Source of the DNA: an uncultured SAR86 cluster bacterium
Lineage (GTDB): Bacteria; Pseudomonadota; Gammaproteobacteria; Magnimaribacterales; AG-339-G14
DNA: 64,000 nucleotides
Direction: 5' to 3'
NCBI GenBank assembly: GCA_902536295.1
Contig: CACAWS010000001.1
Coordinates: 43,452 to 107,451 of the forward strand
The notes beneath the pieces were generated by a model. That model made no database searches. It had not been told where the DNA came from and worked only from the letters and a program-made list of their open reading frames with translations. The position numbers were made by a program, and so were the translations under genes. This document shows positions 62,608 to 64,000 of this stretch, one piece after another. Each line of letters starts with the position of its first letter. The stretch's first letter is position 1.

Positions 62608-64000
62608 ATGGAAAAGAAAAATTATTTAAAACACTCTCTTATTTTAATATTAACTGTTTTTTTTAGCGGATACTCCGCCTCTCAAGCTTTTTTAGAAGAA
62701 GTTATTGTCACTACTGAAAAAAGAACTGAGAGCGTCCAAGATGTATCTCAAGCTGTCACAGCAATTACGTCCTCTGAGATTGAAACTAAGAATATAAATT
62801 CTATGGTTGATTTAAGTGCGATCGTACCTGGCGTAACTGTTGCTAAAAACGAGGGTTATAAAACTATTATTTCAATTCGTGGAATTGGTAATGAAACTAA
62901 CCAAAATGCGATTGCTGCACCTTCTGTTGCCTTTCATCTAGACGGAGTATTTATTGCTTCGCCATTTTCTTTATTAACCGATTTTGTTGATATAGATAGA
63001 ATAGAAGTTATTAGAGGACCTCAAGGTACTTTATTTGGTCAAAATTCTACAGCAGGAGCAATTAATGTCGTTACTTCTGCGCCCTCTTTAGATGAAGAAT
63101 CAAGTATATTGAAGATGTCTCTTGGTAATTACAACATGAAAAAATTGGCAACTTCATTTAATGTGCCAATTTCTGATTCTGTAGCAACTAGTTTTTCATT
63201 TTCTGGTCACAAACGCGATGGGTATGCTTTTAACAATACTTTGCAACAAGAACTAGACGATGCTAACGACTTTAGTATGAGGAATGATTGGTATTTTCAA
63301 TTGTCTGATACATCTTCTTTAAGATTTTTTGCTCAATATTACGACATGGACCGAAATGGTTCCGCCATGAAAGGTATTGATGATCTAACACCACATCCAA
63401 GAGAGCTCGATCAAGACGCTCCATCCATGCAGGTTTTAACTTCTTCAATTTATGCTGCAATATTTGAACAAGATTTAGGCTTCGCAAATTTAAAAATGCT
63501 CGCTAGCTCTCAAAGAGATGATATAACTGTAAGAAGAGATAACGACAGACATTCTTATGGAACCGCTGCAACGTCTATTCCTCCCTTACCTCCCGCAAAT
63601 GTAGGAATTTACGTTTCATCAGAATATAGATATGAATCTTCTTTAGTAGAAACTACAACTTTTGAAGTCAACTTAGTATCAAATGAGCCACTTATGAACG
63701 GAAAATTAGATTGGACTATTGGTGCTTTTTATATGGAACATGAAATTCAAAATAAGATTAGAGAGTATATAAGTGGTGATGACAACATTATTGAATACGA
63801 TTGTAATGAGCCTTTTGCTGATACTACCGTTCCAGGTACTGTTGCAACAAACAGTGAAACTGTTTTACCTTTTGCTAACCCGAATAATGTAGTGGGTGAT
63901 GGCACAGCAACTTGTTTTGTGGTTGGTGGAGAAGTTCCCACTTTCCAGGCTGAGCTTGGTTTTGTAACTGATGCTTTCCCATCTAGAGAATCATTATCTT
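62608..64000 (+). CDS. TonB-dependent receptor, N-terminal about 464 aa (runs off the window end)
   Basis: Not in the ORF track because it has no stop. I translated the whole frame by hand and found no stops. Signal peptide 'LILILTVFFSGYSASQA', TonB-box-like 'EEVIVTTEKR', plug 'ISIRGIGNE...FHLDGVF...IEVIRGPQGTLFGQNSTAGAINVV'. Confidence 0.8.
   Translation, partial: MEKKNYLKHSLILILTVFFSGYSASQAFLEEVIVTTEKRTESVQDVSQAVTAITSSEIETKNINSMVDLSAIVPGVTVAKNEGYKTIISIRGIGNETNQNAIAAPSVAFHLDGVFIASPFSLLTDFVDIDRIEVIRGPQGTLFGQNSTAGAINVVTSAPSLDEESSILKMSLGNYNMKKLATSFNVPISDSVATSFSFSGHKRDGYAFNNTLQQELDDANDFSMRNDWYFQLSDTSSLRFFAQYYDMDRNGSAMKGIDDLTPHPRELDQDAPSMQVLTSSIYAAIFEQDLGFANLKMLASSQRDDITVRRDNDRHSYGTAATSIPPLPPANVGIYVSSEYRYESSLVETTTFEVNLVSNEPLMNGKLDWTIGAFYMEHEIQNKIREYISGDDNIIEYDCNEPFADTTVPGTVATNSETVLPFANPNNVVGDGTATCFVVGGEVPTFQAELGFVTDAFPSRESLS

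Overview
The window is visibly AT-rich and very densely coded, with many 1-11 nt gene overlaps. I found no transposase, integrase, rRNA or CRISPR array, and no recognisable transcription factor apart from HU. Gene order matches a streamlined marine gammaproteobacterium: tig-clpP-clpX-lon-hupB-ppiD and mltD-gloB-rnhA-dnaQ-gltX. Three TonB-dependent receptors and a lipid/xenobiotic-type enzyme set suggest a SAR86-like lifestyle, but that is inference only. I call about 60 CDS, including two partial genes missing from the ORF track (sppA-like at the 5' edge, a TonB-dependent receptor at the 3' edge). I also call 7 tRNAs (Val, Asp, Pro, Arg, His, Ala), two intrinsic terminators and a few promoter candidates.

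The observations most worth a second look are:
- A four-gene cassette (55862-57854) next to tRNA-Ala. It is led by a uracil-DNA-glycosylase-superfamily-like protein that is translationally coupled to a small acidic protein. It sits behind the longest non-coding stretch of the window, which carries a 9-bp tandem array with 36-bp higher-order structure.
- A GC-rich multi-hairpin element (15164-15370) between convergent genes. It contains a 14-nt stretch identical to the universal 16S rRNA 3' tail, which reads as a 14-nt perfect Shine-Dalgarno complement on the other strand. It matches no RNA family I could recognise.
- A small secreted His/Cys-rich protein followed by a TonB-dependent receptor with three extreme His/Asp/Glu loops.
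- A 1255-aa lipoprotein combining cadherin-like repeats, a kexin-like S8 protease and a P-domain, with a coupled downstream ORF that may be a trans-encoded propeptide or inhibitor.
- A FabY-type initiating ketosynthase.
- A 34-bp tandem duplication exactly at the junction of two acyl-CoA carboxylase subunit genes.

All functional calls rest on motifs read by eye. No database search was possible.
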